From: Candidatus Thalassarchaeaceae archaeon
Lineage (GTDB): Archaea; Thermoplasmatota; Poseidoniia; Poseidoniales; Thalassarchaeaceae
Direction of reading: 5' to 3'
DNA: 64,000 nt
Assembly (NCBI GenBank): GCA_045568235.1
Contig: JBJLBJ010000022.1
Coordinates: forward strand, 1,953 to 65,952
The notes under the pieces are model-generated. The model was given only the letters and a program-made list of their open reading frames with translations. It had not been told where the DNA came from and did no database searches. The translations under genes were made by a program, and so were the position numbers. This document shows, in pieces, positions 40,594-51,503 of this stretch (position 1 is the stretch's first letter; every line of letters begins with the position of its first letter).

Positions 40594-40747
40594 TATATAC
40601 TCCTCCTATAATTTGAATGTCCGATTTCTGCACTGGCCCACGTGCGGGATTTTGTCTTCCTGATGGAGGGTGTTTAATGATTGAGGAAGAACTAGCTTCA
40701 AATCGCATCATTATTGATATTTTTTTTATTCTTCCACAGACGCCGAA

Positions 40748-41143
40748 TCATATTTTATTAATCTCTAATTCCCATGTTAATTTCATACCAGATCCAGTTA
40801 ACATTATTCCCACCGAACAAAGTTTTTGGTGACTGTATTCAATTATTCTGTTAACCAATTCTTTTGGAATATTTCCATTAATAACATATTTCATATGAAC
40901 AGATTCAAACGTCCTAGGACTTTCTTCTCTTCTTGTACCATCTATCTCTATCCATGCCTCATCCACATCTTTCATACGTTCTTTTAATCCTCCAATAACA
41001 TCAACAAATGAACATGCAGCATGTGCATGCAATAACATTTCCATCGGACTCGGATAGTCTTTTCCATAAATTCCAAATTTTTTCCCTCCTTCCGTAATTC
41101 CTTCCATTGTTTTATCTTCTACCCATCGAACCGTCCCTTTCAT
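40748..41143 (-). CDS. OsmC/Ohr-family peroxiredoxin-like protein
   Basis: 131 aa with SPMEMLLHAHAACSF and KLCSVGIMLT blocks, the two-Cys pattern of the OsmC family. Confidence 0.6.
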   Translation of the reverse strand: MKGTVRWVEDKTMEGITEGGKKFGIYGKDYPSPMEMLLHAHAACSFVDVIGGLKERMKDVDEAWIEIDGTRREESPRTFESVHMKYVINGNIPKELVNRIIEYSHQKLCSVGIMLTGSGMKLTWELEINKI

Positions 41144-41168
41144 GATTATAGCCAGTATAAACTAGGTC

Positions 41169-42446
41169 ATGAGGGTTGGCTTCTTCAATGACGGTCTTCT
41201 GGCGTATATGATATACATGACAGAGGGACATAAAGTTACTATGCAAGATGGTAAATTATCCATTCCGAACAATCCTATAATTCATTATATTGAGGGAGAT
41301 GGCATAGGCATAGATATCACACCTGTAATGATTGATGTTGTAAATGCAGCAGTGGAAAAAGCATATTCCGAATCTAAGAAAATCCATTGGCGTGAGGTTT
41401 TAGCAGGACAAAAAGCATTTGATAGAACTGGAGAATGGTTGCCAGAAGAGACATTAGAAGCAATGCGAACAGGTCTAATTTCAATAAAAGGACCGCTTAC
41501 AACACCAGTTGGAGGGGGGATTAGAAGCCTCAATGTTGCACTCCGACAAAAATTAGATCTTTTTGCATGTGTTAGACCAGTTAGGTGGTATGAAGGAACT
41601 CCTAGTCCGGTTAAATCTCCAGAAGATGTCGACATGATTATCTTTCGAGAAAATAGCGAGGATGTTTATGCTGGAATAGAATGGGAGGCTGGTAGCCCTC
41701 AAGTAAAAAAAATAATTAATTTCTTACAAGAAGAAATGAACGTCGATAAAATTAGATTCCCAGAGACTAGTGGGATAGGTATCAAACCGATTAGTAAAGA
41801 AGGCACTCACAGGATAGTAAGAGCAGCAATTAATTATGCAATTGAACAAGATATGAAAAATGTTACTATAGTGCATAAAGGTAATATAATGAAATTTACA
41901 GAAGGAGGTTTTAGAGATTGGGGTTATCAGTTAGCTAAAGATGAGTTTGCTGCTATTGAATTAGACGGTGGTCCCTGGTGTACTATCAACAACCCAAAAA
42001 ATGACAATCAAATTATAATTAAAGATGTAATTGCAGATGCAATGCTCCAACAAATACTATCTAGGCCAAGAGAATATAGCGTTTTAACTACAATGAACCT
42101 TAATGGAGACTATATATCAGATGCATTGGCAGCTCAAGTTGGTGGCATAGGTATAGCACCTGGTGCAAACATTAACTATGATACTGGAATATCAATATTT
42201 GAAGCAACACATGGCACCGCTCCCAAATACACAGGTCAAAATAAAGTAAATCCTGGTTCACTGATACTGTCTGCTGAAATGATGTTACGCCATATGGGAT
42301 GGAATGAAGCAGCAGATTTGATTGTCAGAGGCATGGAAGGAGCAATTTCTGCAAAAACTGTTACATATGATTTTGAAAGATTAATGGATGATGCCACACT
42401 TCTTTCCTGTTCTTCCTTTGGAGAAGCAATAATTAATCACATGTGA
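41169..42446 (+). CDS. icd: isocitrate dehydrogenase (NADP-type, IDH/IMDH family)
   Basis: [61 protein letters not shown]. The likely start is the internal Met near 41208-41217. Confidence 0.85.
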   Translation: MRVGFFNDGLLAYMIYMTEGHKVTMQDGKLSIPNNPIIHYIEGDGIGIDITPVMIDVVNAAVEKAYSESKKIHWREVLAGQKAFDRTGEWLPEETLEAMRTGLISIKGPLTTPVGGGIRSLNVALRQKLDLFACVRPVRWYEGTPSPVKSPEDVDMIIFRENSEDVYAGIEWEAGSPQVKKIINFLQEEMNVDKIRFPETSGIGIKPISKEGTHRIVRAAINYAIEQDMKNVTIVHKGNIMKFTEGGFRDWGYQLAKDEFAAIELDGGPWCTINNPKNDNQIIIKDVIADAMLQQILSRPREYSVLTTMNLNGDYISDALAAQVGGIGIAPGANINYDTGISIFEATHGTAPKYTGQNKVNPGSLILSAEMMLRHMGWNEAADLIVRGMEGAISAKTVTYDFERLMDDATLLSCSSFGEAIINHM

Positions 42447-42453
42447 AATTAAA

Positions 42454-44808
42454 TTATTCTTCAGAATGATGGACTTTATTTTCAAAACCGTCCGAATTTC
42501 TTTGTAGCCATTTAGGTGACCACCAATTCAAATCGCCCATTAACCTCATTGTTGAAGGAACAACCAATGCACGAACAATCGTCGCATCGACGGCTACCCC
42601 GAGTGCCAGCATGAATCCGAATTGCATCATAAGTGAAACCGACGAGAAGCCAAAGGCCGAGAAGACGGTGACCATTACTAGAGCAGCAGATGTGATTATT
42701 CGACCACTTTTTTGCAGCCCGGTGGCTACAGCCATCGTATTGTCACCTGTTCTCTCCCATTCTTCGTGAATTCTGGAGAGCATCAGTACTTCGTAATCCA
42801 TGCTTAGCCCAAACAAAATAGCGAAAATCATCACAGGCGTTGTTGGATCTATAGGTTGAGGAGTAAAGTTGAGCAGTTCCGCTCCGTTTCCCTCTTGAAA
42901 AACCCATACCAGTATTCCGAATGAGGCACTTACTGATAGTATATTCATCACGAGGGCTTTCAGAGGTAGAATTATCGATCTTACTTGTAGGAAAATCAGT
43001 AGATAGCTAGAAGCTAGTATGAACATCAGGGCAATTGGTAAATTCTCCATGACAGCATCTAAGACATCTTGGTTATAAGCAGCGAAGCCTGCAACATTGA
43101 CTTCCGAAACTCCTCCAAACTGACCTTCCTTCCCATTCAACTTTCTTATCTCTTGAACGACCATTCTAGACGACTCGCTACTTTGATCTCCTTCGATGGC
43201 TACTTGCACGAGAACCACTCCATCTCCAATAGACGAATCAGCATAGAATTTTCTTTCCATTCTAAGAGCCTCTGCCTCATCTGATGATAGCTCACTATCA
43301 GCCGAAACATCCCAGAAATCGACGACATTGTCTTCAGTCCAGCTTGAATTAAAATGTGCATAAGTGAAGACATAATTGGCGCCTTCGATAGACAATATAT
43401 CTTTAGAAAATGAGTACAAACTTCTGATATTTTCTTCAGAAAATACATCTGTACCTGGTTGAATCTCGTAAACAATCAGAGCGGTGTTTGAAACTTCCTG
43501 AGGCCAATTTTCATCTGTCAACTCCATGCCGCTTCTAGCTTCATTATCCGGGCTCAAGGCCTTCCAAGAGGTGATGCCCCACTCTGCTTGAAGGAACGGA
43601 GCCCCTGCTGCCAAAAGAATTAGAACGCAGGGAATCAAAAATGAGAACGGTTTGTCCATAACCTTTCTAGCTAAATCTGACCAAAAACCATCATCAGATA
43701 TCTCTGTGCTGAGGCCCAAAGGAACCTTTCCGAAATTTATCTTATCTCCGAGTATTGCTAGTATAGATGGGAGTAGAATAACCGAAGAAGTGAGCGCTAC
43801 CAAAGTTGCACAAATACCACCCCAGCCCAGTGACGGTAGTCCGGTATTATCGAAGAATAACATCCCGGTCAAGCCTGCAATTACTGTTAGACCTGAAAAC
43901 AGAATAGCCCTTCCAGCGGTCGCGCTAGTCATTGCGATAGCCGTCCGCTTGTCATGCCCTCTGCCTAATTCTTCTCTGAATCTATTTACTATAAACAGCG
44001 AATAATCAACGCTCAGCCCAATACCCAGCAAAGATACGATATTTACGGCATAAACTGTGAGATCATCGACAACGTACGTAAGACCATGAATTATACCGAC
44101 CGCGGCTATTACAGTGTAGATTCCAGACAGTGCGGGTAGGCTTGCAGAGACCACAGTACCAAATACAAACAATAGAATGAGTATAGTCAAGGGGGCCGAA
44201 ATCAATTCTGCTCTCAGAAGCTCTTCTTTGAGAACCAGATCGAAGGTAATGTCAATTGCCAAATTATCTGTGAGGTACTTTTCCATTCCCTCTGGGGCAT
44301 TATCCGGTAGTTCTATATCCTGATAAATCTCCTTCAGGAGGATTTTAGAGTCCTCTCTGTTCATGTTTACCTTGATGTATACCCTGGACCATGAAGAGTC
44401 GATACTACTTACTAACGTAGATCGATTTGCTTCATTCGTCTCCCAAGGAACTTCTATATCGATGTTTTCATTTCTAGAAAGTACTTCAATGGCCGACTGA
44501 ATAGCAGAGATTACCTCATCATCATCATAAGCATGCCCGGGGTGATGGAATAGAACGTAGAAGGACTCGAAAGCCGTTTCGTTAGGGTCAGAGAAACCTT
44601 CTCCGGCCGCTTCCCAACCATCAACAGATTCTAGATCTCCTTCTCCATAACCCTCGATATATTGTGGCTCTAGTGTAATCATGTAACCCAGACCGGCACA
44701 AAGTAGCAAGGAGCACATTAGCACGACATGTGCATTATCATAAACAAAACCACCCATTTTAAAATAAAGGCGATTCTCTAATCTAGCAGGGTCAGTAGCA
44801 CCTTCCAT
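42454..44808 (-). CDS. MMPL/RND-superfamily membrane transporter
   Basis: 784 aa with two 6-TM bundles separated by large soluble loops. Motif SLLGIGLSVDYSLFIVNRFREE is typical of MMPL/RND exporters. Confidence 0.7.
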   Translation of the reverse strand: MEGATDPARLENRLYFKMGGFVYDNAHVVLMCSLLLCAGLGYMITLEPQYIEGYGEGDLESVDGWEAAGEGFSDPNETAFESFYVLFHHPGHAYDDDEVISAIQSAIEVLSRNENIDIEVPWETNEANRSTLVSSIDSSWSRVYIKVNMNREDSKILLKEIYQDIELPDNAPEGMEKYLTDNLAIDITFDLVLKEELLRAELISAPLTILILLFVFGTVVSASLPALSGIYTVIAAVGIIHGLTYVVDDLTVYAVNIVSLLGIGLSVDYSLFIVNRFREELGRGHDKRTAIAMTSATAGRAILFSGLTVIAGLTGMLFFDNTGLPSLGWGGICATLVALTSSVILLPSILAILGDKINFGKVPLGLSTEISDDGFWSDLARKVMDKPFSFLIPCVLILLAAGAPFLQAEWGITSWKALSPDNEARSGMELTDENWPQEVSNTALIVYEIQPGTDVFSEENIRSLYSFSKDILSIEGANYVFTYAHFNSSWTEDNVVDFWDVSADSELSSDEAEALRMERKFYADSSIGDGVVLVQVAIEGDQSSESSRMVVQEIRKLNGKEGQFGGVSEVNVAGFAAYNQDVLDAVMENLPIALMFILASSYLLIFLQVRSIILPLKALVMNILSVSASFGILVWVFQEGNGAELLNFTPQPIDPTTPVMIFAILFGLSMDYEVLMLSRIHEEWERTGDNTMAVATGLQKSGRIITSAALVMVTVFSAFGFSSVSLMMQFGFMLALGVAVDATIVRALVVPSTMRLMGDLNWWSPKWLQRNSDGFENKVHHSEE

Positions 44809-44954
44809 AACACCGGCCTAATACTGAGGTATTTGAATTATTGATTACATAGTTTAATCTAAGTGTAATTTTAAAATTTAGTGTAAATTCAACAACATGT
44901 TGTAATCGTTTTCACTATTTTATTTATTAATATATACAATTTCAGAAAATTTAG

Positions 44955-46013
44955 GTGGAAGTTTTGAGTAAAGGAAAGAATGAAAAGAAATTTCATTTTT
45001 CTCATTTAAGAGCAGCAGTTTATCAAAAAACTCCAAAACCATTGTTACCTAGTAAGCCAAAAATTTTGACTTTGTTAATTTTAATTCAACTTATTATGTT
45101 AATAATATCACCAGTTTGGAGAACATATCGCTTTTCCTGGATTATTCTTGGAGCATCAATTCCAGTTGCAGGATGGTTATTCATGAGATGGAGAATTTAC
45201 TCTTCAGTTTTTATCACTCCTTCTAGGGAATTAACAAATATTACAGACAGTCGCTGGCACGCTTTTACTTTTTTGGGATGGGGCAATGAAACTTTAAAAG
45301 CACATTATTTGGAATCTACTATTAGTAGTAAAGATGTTATCTTGTATCTCCATGGTTATAATTCTAGCTTGGGAAGGGGAGAATCTAGGTGCCAACATAT
45401 GAATACTATGGGGCCAAATATTTTTAGCTTAGATCAACGAGGATTCGGAGAACAAAAAGGAAAACACGAGTGGACTATCTTAAAAGTAATAGCAGATATT
45501 GAATTATTATTGGAAAAAATGCCTGCTGTTTTAGGATATACTCCTGAAAAATTATGGATATATGGCCATTCTATGGGGGGCTTTCTTACAATTCGACTTT
45601 CGTCATATTCTTCGGGCTGGTGGGATAAAGCACTCAGAGGCATTATTTTAGAATCTCCAGCCACCTCTTTCCCTCTTATTATTGAAAAAAAACTACCTGG
45701 AAGAGCCGTGATGGCAAATTCTTGGGTCAGACATATCCTTAGACGCGAATATCAACGTATACATCCAGATTTGAATGTAGGTTATGCCAATGCACAAATA
45801 CCTTTTTGGGGAGTACCTAAGGTACCAATATTGGTAATTCAGGCAGGAACTGACGAAACCCTTGGCAATGATCATTTTGAATTATTGAAACAACACTATC
45901 AGGATATTTCTGAAATACATGTTTTAGATTCTATGCCTCATACATCGGCAATAGATTCAATTGAAAGAAGAAAAATTTTCGAAAAATGGTTTTCAAATCA
46001 AATAAATTTGTAG
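44955..46013 (+). CDS. membrane-anchored alpha/beta-hydrolase
   Basis: N-terminal TM segment, then a nucleophile elbow GHSMGG within an alpha/beta-hydrolase-like length. 352 aa. Confidence 0.55.
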   Translation: MEVLSKGKNEKKFHFSHLRAAVYQKTPKPLLPSKPKILTLLILIQLIMLIISPVWRTYRFSWIILGASIPVAGWLFMRWRIYSSVFITPSRELTNITDSRWHAFTFLGWGNETLKAHYLESTISSKDVILYLHGYNSSLGRGESRCQHMNTMGPNIFSLDQRGFGEQKGKHEWTILKVIADIELLLEKMPAVLGYTPEKLWIYGHSMGGFLTIRLSSYSSGWWDKALRGIILESPATSFPLIIEKKLPGRAVMANSWVRHILRREYQRIHPDLNVGYANAQIPFWGVPKVPILVIQAGTDETLGNDHFELLKQHYQDISEIHVLDSMPHTSAIDSIERRKIFEKWFSNQINL

Positions 46014-46024
46014 AAACTAAATAT

Positions 46025-49000
46025 TCAAGAGACTTTTCTCAATATTCTCCTATTTAGCTCCTGTGCATCCCCGACTATTCCAAATCCAAATTCTTCTTCT
46101 AAAGATCTCGAGATTAATTTGAAATCACTATCCCTAGTTGCAATAATTACTTTTCCTATTTCTGGATTAATATTATTACATAATTCAGCCGCATAACGCA
46201 TTATTTGCATATCTCCTCCTTCAGGATAAATTTCTTGACCCTTTATTGTACTCCTCTTTGAATTATCCCCCCTACTCATTTTTTGTTTTGTTATCTCTTC
46301 AAATATATCTTTGTGTTGTATCATAAATTTTTCTAGGCCAATTTCTTTCATTCTTTCTTTATCAATTCTACAATCCCAATTACCAAATTCTTTACAAATC
46401 TGTTTTATCTTTTTATCAAGTAATGTTTTAGTTATTTTTTCATTCCATGTTTTGGAATTTATATATACATTTTTAGAAAATAATTCTAATACGTTTTCAG
46501 GAGTTTTGACTCTATTCAAAAATTCTGCCCTTACCATTGATGGAATGTTCATAAACATCATTTTTTCTTTACTCCTTCTTCTTAACATCCAATGGAACGA
46601 TCTGTCCCCAGTCCAGTTAAGACTTCCAAAACTATCGCCAGACATTTCCCGTAATAAATCATCTTTTAGAGTATCAATCAGAATATTTGTATCTACAATA
46701 ATTACCGGTTTTAGTGAAAGATTGCGTAACATACCTCTTTCTTTTATCGGTATGGATTGGCTATGCTGTACAAACATGGCACCGGCAACCCTTTCTAACG
46801 TAGTCTTATTATTTTCTGATAAATTAGGAGAAGAAATTGCACGTTCTAATTTCCGTAGTCCTCTGATAGGTGCATAATCTGCAATTTGATTTGCTATTGA
46901 TTGGATCTCATAAATATCCTTTTTTTCTCTAGACATTTCCTGTTCAAATTTTAAATCAAGCTCTGATCGGTGTGTATTTTCTATTCTTTGTAATCCACGT
47001 ATTGCCGCCTTCACTCGCCCTTGAAATGGAGATTTTGGTAATGGAGGATCCAATTCTTCTGGATATCGCATAAGAAGCTCTAAAGCTTCTATTTGTGCCC
47101 CCCTACTCTCTTTAATATCTGACATTTCAGATTGTACTTCTTTTAATGCATATTCATGTAGTCTATTTCTTGCCTTGTCTTTTTTGTTCCCCATTTCATC
47201 ATTACAAACGTTGAGGTATAATTGAAATCTTTCTGTCACTGAGGCAGATAGTGTAGGTTTCGAATTGATTAGATTTACGGAATTATTCCATCCTCCACCA
47301 TGTGCATAAGATATTAGTGCCTTTCTCATAATTAATGCATATTTTTCAAAATCATATTTGATTTTTTTTGCTGCATCCTGATATTCTCTTGCGGCCTGAA
47401 TGTAATTCCCTTGTGAACTTTGTATTGTAGCCTTAATAAGTCTAGAATCTAAACTATTATTGTCATTTTTTCTATACCATTTTTCCAAGGGAATTATTCC
47501 TTCAGCAATTATTTTCCCATGCTCAATAATCATTTCAATGATAAATTTTACATTCTGCATAGAAATATCATTTTTAGAGGTTATCGAAATCAAAGCACTA
47601 TTCGCATCTGCAACCCTATCTGACATGCCACTTTCTATATCCATTGCAATTCTATTTAGCAACAAAGAATCACCTAGAGATTTAAATAACCGTCTTTCCA
47701 AATAATCTAAATTTGCAATTTTTATCGAGTCTTCTAGTTTTTGTATCGATTTCGCACTAACTCTACTATCGCCTTCAGGAGATAATGCCCTACGCACTTC
47801 ATTTAGAGCCAATAAACCATCTGAATCCAATTTTTGATTAATTATACTCATATCTCTTGGAATACCATCGAGAAGAGATATGAGTGCCTTAGATACTTCG
47901 GAAAGAATCAAATCTTCAGGAGAATCAGTAATTGATTTCAACGCACTGTCTCTTAAACCTTCTAATTCATTGGTTATATTTTTTGCATTTTTTGCACTAA
48001 TCATGTGCCAAATCATTAATACACGTTCTGGATAAACTTTAGCTAATGATACATTCTCTACCAAAACTCTTGCTAGACTTTCAATATCTGCAACATCGGT
48101 AAAAATATCTAAAATATCACTCATATACCTAATCGAATCAAACTGTAAAACCCTGTTTGCCGCTTTAATTCTTATTTTATTATTACAACCCGAATCTTTT
48201 GCAACCATTAAAAGTCCTTCTTCATCTAAATTATCCAAGGATAGATTTATTATCGACCCTATATCCTTTTTTGAGTTTATTTTTAATGCAATTTTTAGTT
48301 GTTCGTTGTTTCTAATCATTAAATCATTTACTGTATCATAAGCCTGCTCTAATTCATTTATTTCAAACAATTTAAAAACCAATTTCCAGATAATGAAGTC
48401 TGGTACTTTCTTTTCTGAATTAGACAAAACACCAATACCAAAACGCAACTCTTCAATAGTAAAATCTCTCTCAATATTCTCAATTTGCTTCCATGCAGTA
48501 GTTCTAATTGATTGTGATAATAAATCTTCTTTTTCTATTTTGGAATCTTCCTCCCAATTAGTTAAGTTACCAGCACGTAATTTTAATAATCTAACTTGTT
48601 TTTTTGCCACATCAACAATTGATTTTTCAGATATATTGTCTAAGACTTTGATAGCATCATCGTGTTTACAGCAGGCGAGTATCATGCCCTCAACCAGTGC
48701 CATTTCCTTACTTTGATTTCTTAGAATAGGAGTAATCCATTTATTCCATTCTGAAAATCGAGGTTTATTAGCCATATCTTTTTTTATTTTTTGAATTACC
48801 TTTAATTGGTCAGTTTTTGCATTAAACGGCAAATTCATATCTAACCATGCTTTCAACTCTACTGTATTTTCTGGATCAAAATAGGAACTATTAATCCAAA
48901 GCGACGAATCTTCATGCTTTTTACTATCATGATTTATTTTGAATCTACTAAGTTCAGCAAAAATACTAGCTTCTTTGGCCAATTTATTCCAAACGGGGTG

Positions 49001-49420
49001 TATCCCATTTTCACAGGATTTTCTTAAAATATCTAAATGTGAATCCCATTCTAAATTCCATGAATTTTCCATTTTTATTTTTTGTGCTATTAAAACAGCC
49101 AATTTGTACCCTTCTGACTCTTTAGATAGCATTACGTCAGATGGATGCTCTAAATTATCTTCAAAACTCCTTCTAAGTCCCTTTCCACCCCTCCTTCCAA
49201 TTTTTTTGTTATGGTTTGAATTAATACTTTTGAGATTTCCGAATTCATCCTTGCTTACTTCTGGTAAACTTTCTTTTTTAGCTGCCAATGCAACCAAAGC
49301 TCTCCATTCTTTGTTCAAAAGATCCCATGCCGATATCTTTTGAACTCTATTCAGTCTCCTTTTTTTATCTTCACCAGACTGAGACAAAGAATCTAGACAT
49401 TCAAGAAGATACTGCTCCAT
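46025..49420 (-). CDS. giant (1131 aa) protein with a long alpha-helical N-terminal region and a C-terminal PIN-domain nuclease module
   Basis: C-terminal PIN signatures KPVIIVDTNILIDTL (first Asp) and VIIATRDSDFKLI (distal Asp pair), with a large insertion between them. The N-terminal 880 aa are helical with no catalytic motifs. Confidence 0.5.
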   Translation of the reverse strand: MEQYLLECLDSLSQSGEDKKRRLNRVQKISAWDLLNKEWRALVALAAKKESLPEVSKDEFGNLKSINSNHNKKIGRRGGKGLRRSFEDNLEHPSDVMLSKESEGYKLAVLIAQKIKMENSWNLEWDSHLDILRKSCENGIHPVWNKLAKEASIFAELSRFKINHDSKKHEDSSLWINSSYFDPENTVELKAWLDMNLPFNAKTDQLKVIQKIKKDMANKPRFSEWNKWITPILRNQSKEMALVEGMILACCKHDDAIKVLDNISEKSIVDVAKKQVRLLKLRAGNLTNWEEDSKIEKEDLLSQSIRTTAWKQIENIERDFTIEELRFGIGVLSNSEKKVPDFIIWKLVFKLFEINELEQAYDTVNDLMIRNNEQLKIALKINSKKDIGSIINLSLDNLDEEGLLMVAKDSGCNNKIRIKAANRVLQFDSIRYMSDILDIFTDVADIESLARVLVENVSLAKVYPERVLMIWHMISAKNAKNITNELEGLRDSALKSITDSPEDLILSEVSKALISLLDGIPRDMSIINQKLDSDGLLALNEVRRALSPEGDSRVSAKSIQKLEDSIKIANLDYLERRLFKSLGDSLLLNRIAMDIESGMSDRVADANSALISITSKNDISMQNVKFIIEMIIEHGKIIAEGIIPLEKWYRKNDNNSLDSRLIKATIQSSQGNYIQAAREYQDAAKKIKYDFEKYALIMRKALISYAHGGGWNNSVNLINSKPTLSASVTERFQLYLNVCNDEMGNKKDKARNRLHEYALKEVQSEMSDIKESRGAQIEALELLMRYPEELDPPLPKSPFQGRVKAAIRGLQRIENTHRSELDLKFEQEMSREKKDIYEIQSIANQIADYAPIRGLRKLERAISSPNLSENNKTTLERVAGAMFVQHSQSIPIKERGMLRNLSLKPVIIVDTNILIDTLKDDLLREMSGDSFGSLNWTGDRSFHWMLRRRSKEKMMFMNIPSMVRAEFLNRVKTPENVLELFSKNVYINSKTWNEKITKTLLDKKIKQICKEFGNWDCRIDKERMKEIGLEKFMIQHKDIFEEITKQKMSRGDNSKRSTIKGQEIYPEGGDMQIMRYAAELCNNINPEIGKVIIATRDSDFKLISRSLEEEFGFGIVGDAQELNRRILRKVS

Positions 49421-49525
49421 CCGAACTCACTAATCAGTGCCCTTTAGCAATCATACATCAATACATCGCCCACATAATCAAATTATACAACAGAGAACTC
49501 AAGTCATACACACCTACCGAGTTAT

Positions 49526-49990
49526 ATGAATGTCATATTGGGTGTTGTGATTCTTCTTCATCCTATTGCCGCTTTAATATTAATTTGGATATTTATGAAA
49601 CAACGAAAATGGAGACAAAATAGGCCTCTTTTACAAGAGCAAAACTATCAAATTTTACTTGAAGTGCATAGATCAAATGGAAATAAATTAATGCTTGGAA
49701 CAATATTTGTAGTTTTTTTGGCTTTTGTTGCAGGATTTTTTCGAGCATGGATTGATGATGTCCCAATTTATAGTTATATAATGCCTAATAATTTTCATGC
49801 TTCCGGAGGTTTATTGGGGGCAATATTAATGTTTATTCTTTGGAGGTCTGGACATTCAACAAATAAAAAAATAGGTACAGATTCTTTTTCTAGAACTAGA
49901 AATTTACATGGAAGAATTGGAGATATTATGTCCATACTTGTAGTTATTCACGCCTTTTTAGGATTTTTATATCTTTTACAAATAATTTAA
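49526..49990 (+). CDS. hypothetical small membrane protein
   Basis: 154 aa with four hydrophobic helices. Confidence 0.35.
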   Translation: MNVILGVVILLHPIAALILIWIFMKQRKWRQNRPLLQEQNYQILLEVHRSNGNKLMLGTIFVVFLAFVAGFFRAWIDDVPIYSYIMPNNFHASGGLLGAILMFILWRSGHSTNKKIGTDSFSRTRNLHGRIGDIMSILVVIHAFLGFLYLLQII

Positions 49991-50980
49991 AATATTTTCA
50001 CTCCACATTCTAATCCATTCATTTAAATTATCATCGATATCTTTCTTCTCCATCTTTCTTTTATTTGATTTCTTTTTTTCAATAATTTTAATTCTGCAAC
50101 CACAGGCATTAGGATGACCACCTCCTTCTGAATCAAACCTCTTTGCTAATTTTGTTAAATCATAAATACCACTATTTTTATGCAAAAATGAATTAGTATA
50201 GAAAGAGGCCGAAACTGGGTATTTTGGATAATCTTCAAACGAAGCACCTAAATTCCCATGTATTACAATACATGCATCACATTCGTTACCAGCCATTGCA
50301 GTTACACTATAACCATTTGAGCGGATTCCATAGCCTTCAAAATTCACTATGGCCAGTCTATTAATTATCTTCATCTTATCTCTTATGATTTCCATAATTT
50401 TATATTGCTCTTCCCTTTTTTCAAATAAACGAGAAATGATACTATCATCTTTTAAAATAGTATTTATGGATAAACCATCTTCTAATAACTTCAAAATATG
50501 TAATGCAATTTTTGAATCATCAGCAATTATTCTCCCTAACCATAATACATTATTTTCTGATAGATATTCTTCTTTCGATATATTTCCACTATCGAATTTA
50601 TCAACCCATAATAACAATTCATTCAAATCAGTAAGATCTAGTTCCGTGGATATAATATTGTATGCTATTCGAGATGCTGAAGGAGAATCTTCCCAAGCCA
50701 TAATGCCTTCAATATCTAAATCTTTATTCGGCTTGTTAGATTGATGATGATCGATATTTAATCCACAATTAGCACGATATGGTAAATCACAAATTGCAGT
50801 ATAAATATCTATTCTTTCATCTAATTTACCTGATCTTAATTGTCCAGGTTGTGTGAAGATTATCTCGGCATCTTTCCAATACCTCTTCAATATCGCTCCT
50901 GTAACCACACCATCTAGATCAGTATCAGTAATTATACGTTTTATATCTAATGATAAAATTTCTTCATACATCTTTTTCAC
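49976..50980 (-). CDS. DHH/DHHA1-family phosphoesterase (NrnA-like nanoRNase / pAp phosphatase type)
   Basis: DHH motifs ITDTDLDGV and GLNIDHHQSN, plus the DHHA1 motif GGGHPNACG. 334 aa. Confidence 0.65.
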   Translation of the reverse strand: MKKMYEEILSLDIKRIITDTDLDGVVTGAILKRYWKDAEIIFTQPGQLRSGKLDERIDIYTAICDLPYRANCGLNIDHHQSNKPNKDLDIEGIMAWEDSPSASRIAYNIISTELDLTDLNELLLWVDKFDSGNISKEEYLSENNVLWLGRIIADDSKIALHILKLLEDGLSINTILKDDSIISRLFEKREEQYKIMEIIRDKMKIINRLAIVNFEGYGIRSNGYSVTAMAGNECDACIVIHGNLGASFEDYPKYPVSASFYTNSFLHKNSGIYDLTKLAKRFDSEGGGHPNACGCRIKIIEKKKSNKRKMEKKDIDDNLNEWIRMWSENILNYL

Positions 50981-51089
50981 ATCGTGCTTGTAATTTACAG
51001 TAATTTTTTTGAACGAATAACAAATAATATTTATATTTTTTAATCATTTATAGAAAATTACGATACGTAAACCCTTCTTCGGAAGAATC

Positions 51090-51503
51090 ATGGAGACATC
51101 ATGCGGATTCATATTGATTAATTATGATAGTATATTGCTTCTTCAATACCCCCAAGGTCATTGGAGTTTTCCAAAGGGCCATATAGAAGAGCAAGATGAA
51201 AATCACCACTCTACAGCTTTGAGAGAATTAACAGAAGAAACCGGAATAAAAGAAATAGTGATAGTTGATGGTTGGAATGCTCGTACAGAGTACACATTCA
51301 AACAAAAAGGAAAAGATATTTCTAAAGAGGTATACTGGTATTTAGCCGAAACGGAAGAGTTAGATGTTACATTATCTCATGAACACACTAATTATTTATG
51401 GTTAAATTTTGATGATGCTAAAAACCAGCTAACATTTAATCAAGAAAAAGAGATAATCAATTCTGTTTATATTTTTAGAACAGATTCTGGACTTTCAGTT
51501 TAA
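51090..51503 (+). CDS. NUDIX hydrolase
   Basis: Nudix box GHIEEQDENHHSTALRELTEETGI (GX5EX7REUXEEXGU pattern). 137 aa. Confidence 0.7.
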   Translation: METSCGFILINYDSILLLQYPQGHWSFPKGHIEEQDENHHSTALRELTEETGIKEIVIVDGWNARTEYTFKQKGKDISKEVYWYLAETEELDVTLSHEHTNYLWLNFDDAKNQLTFNQEKEIINSVYIFRTDSGLSV

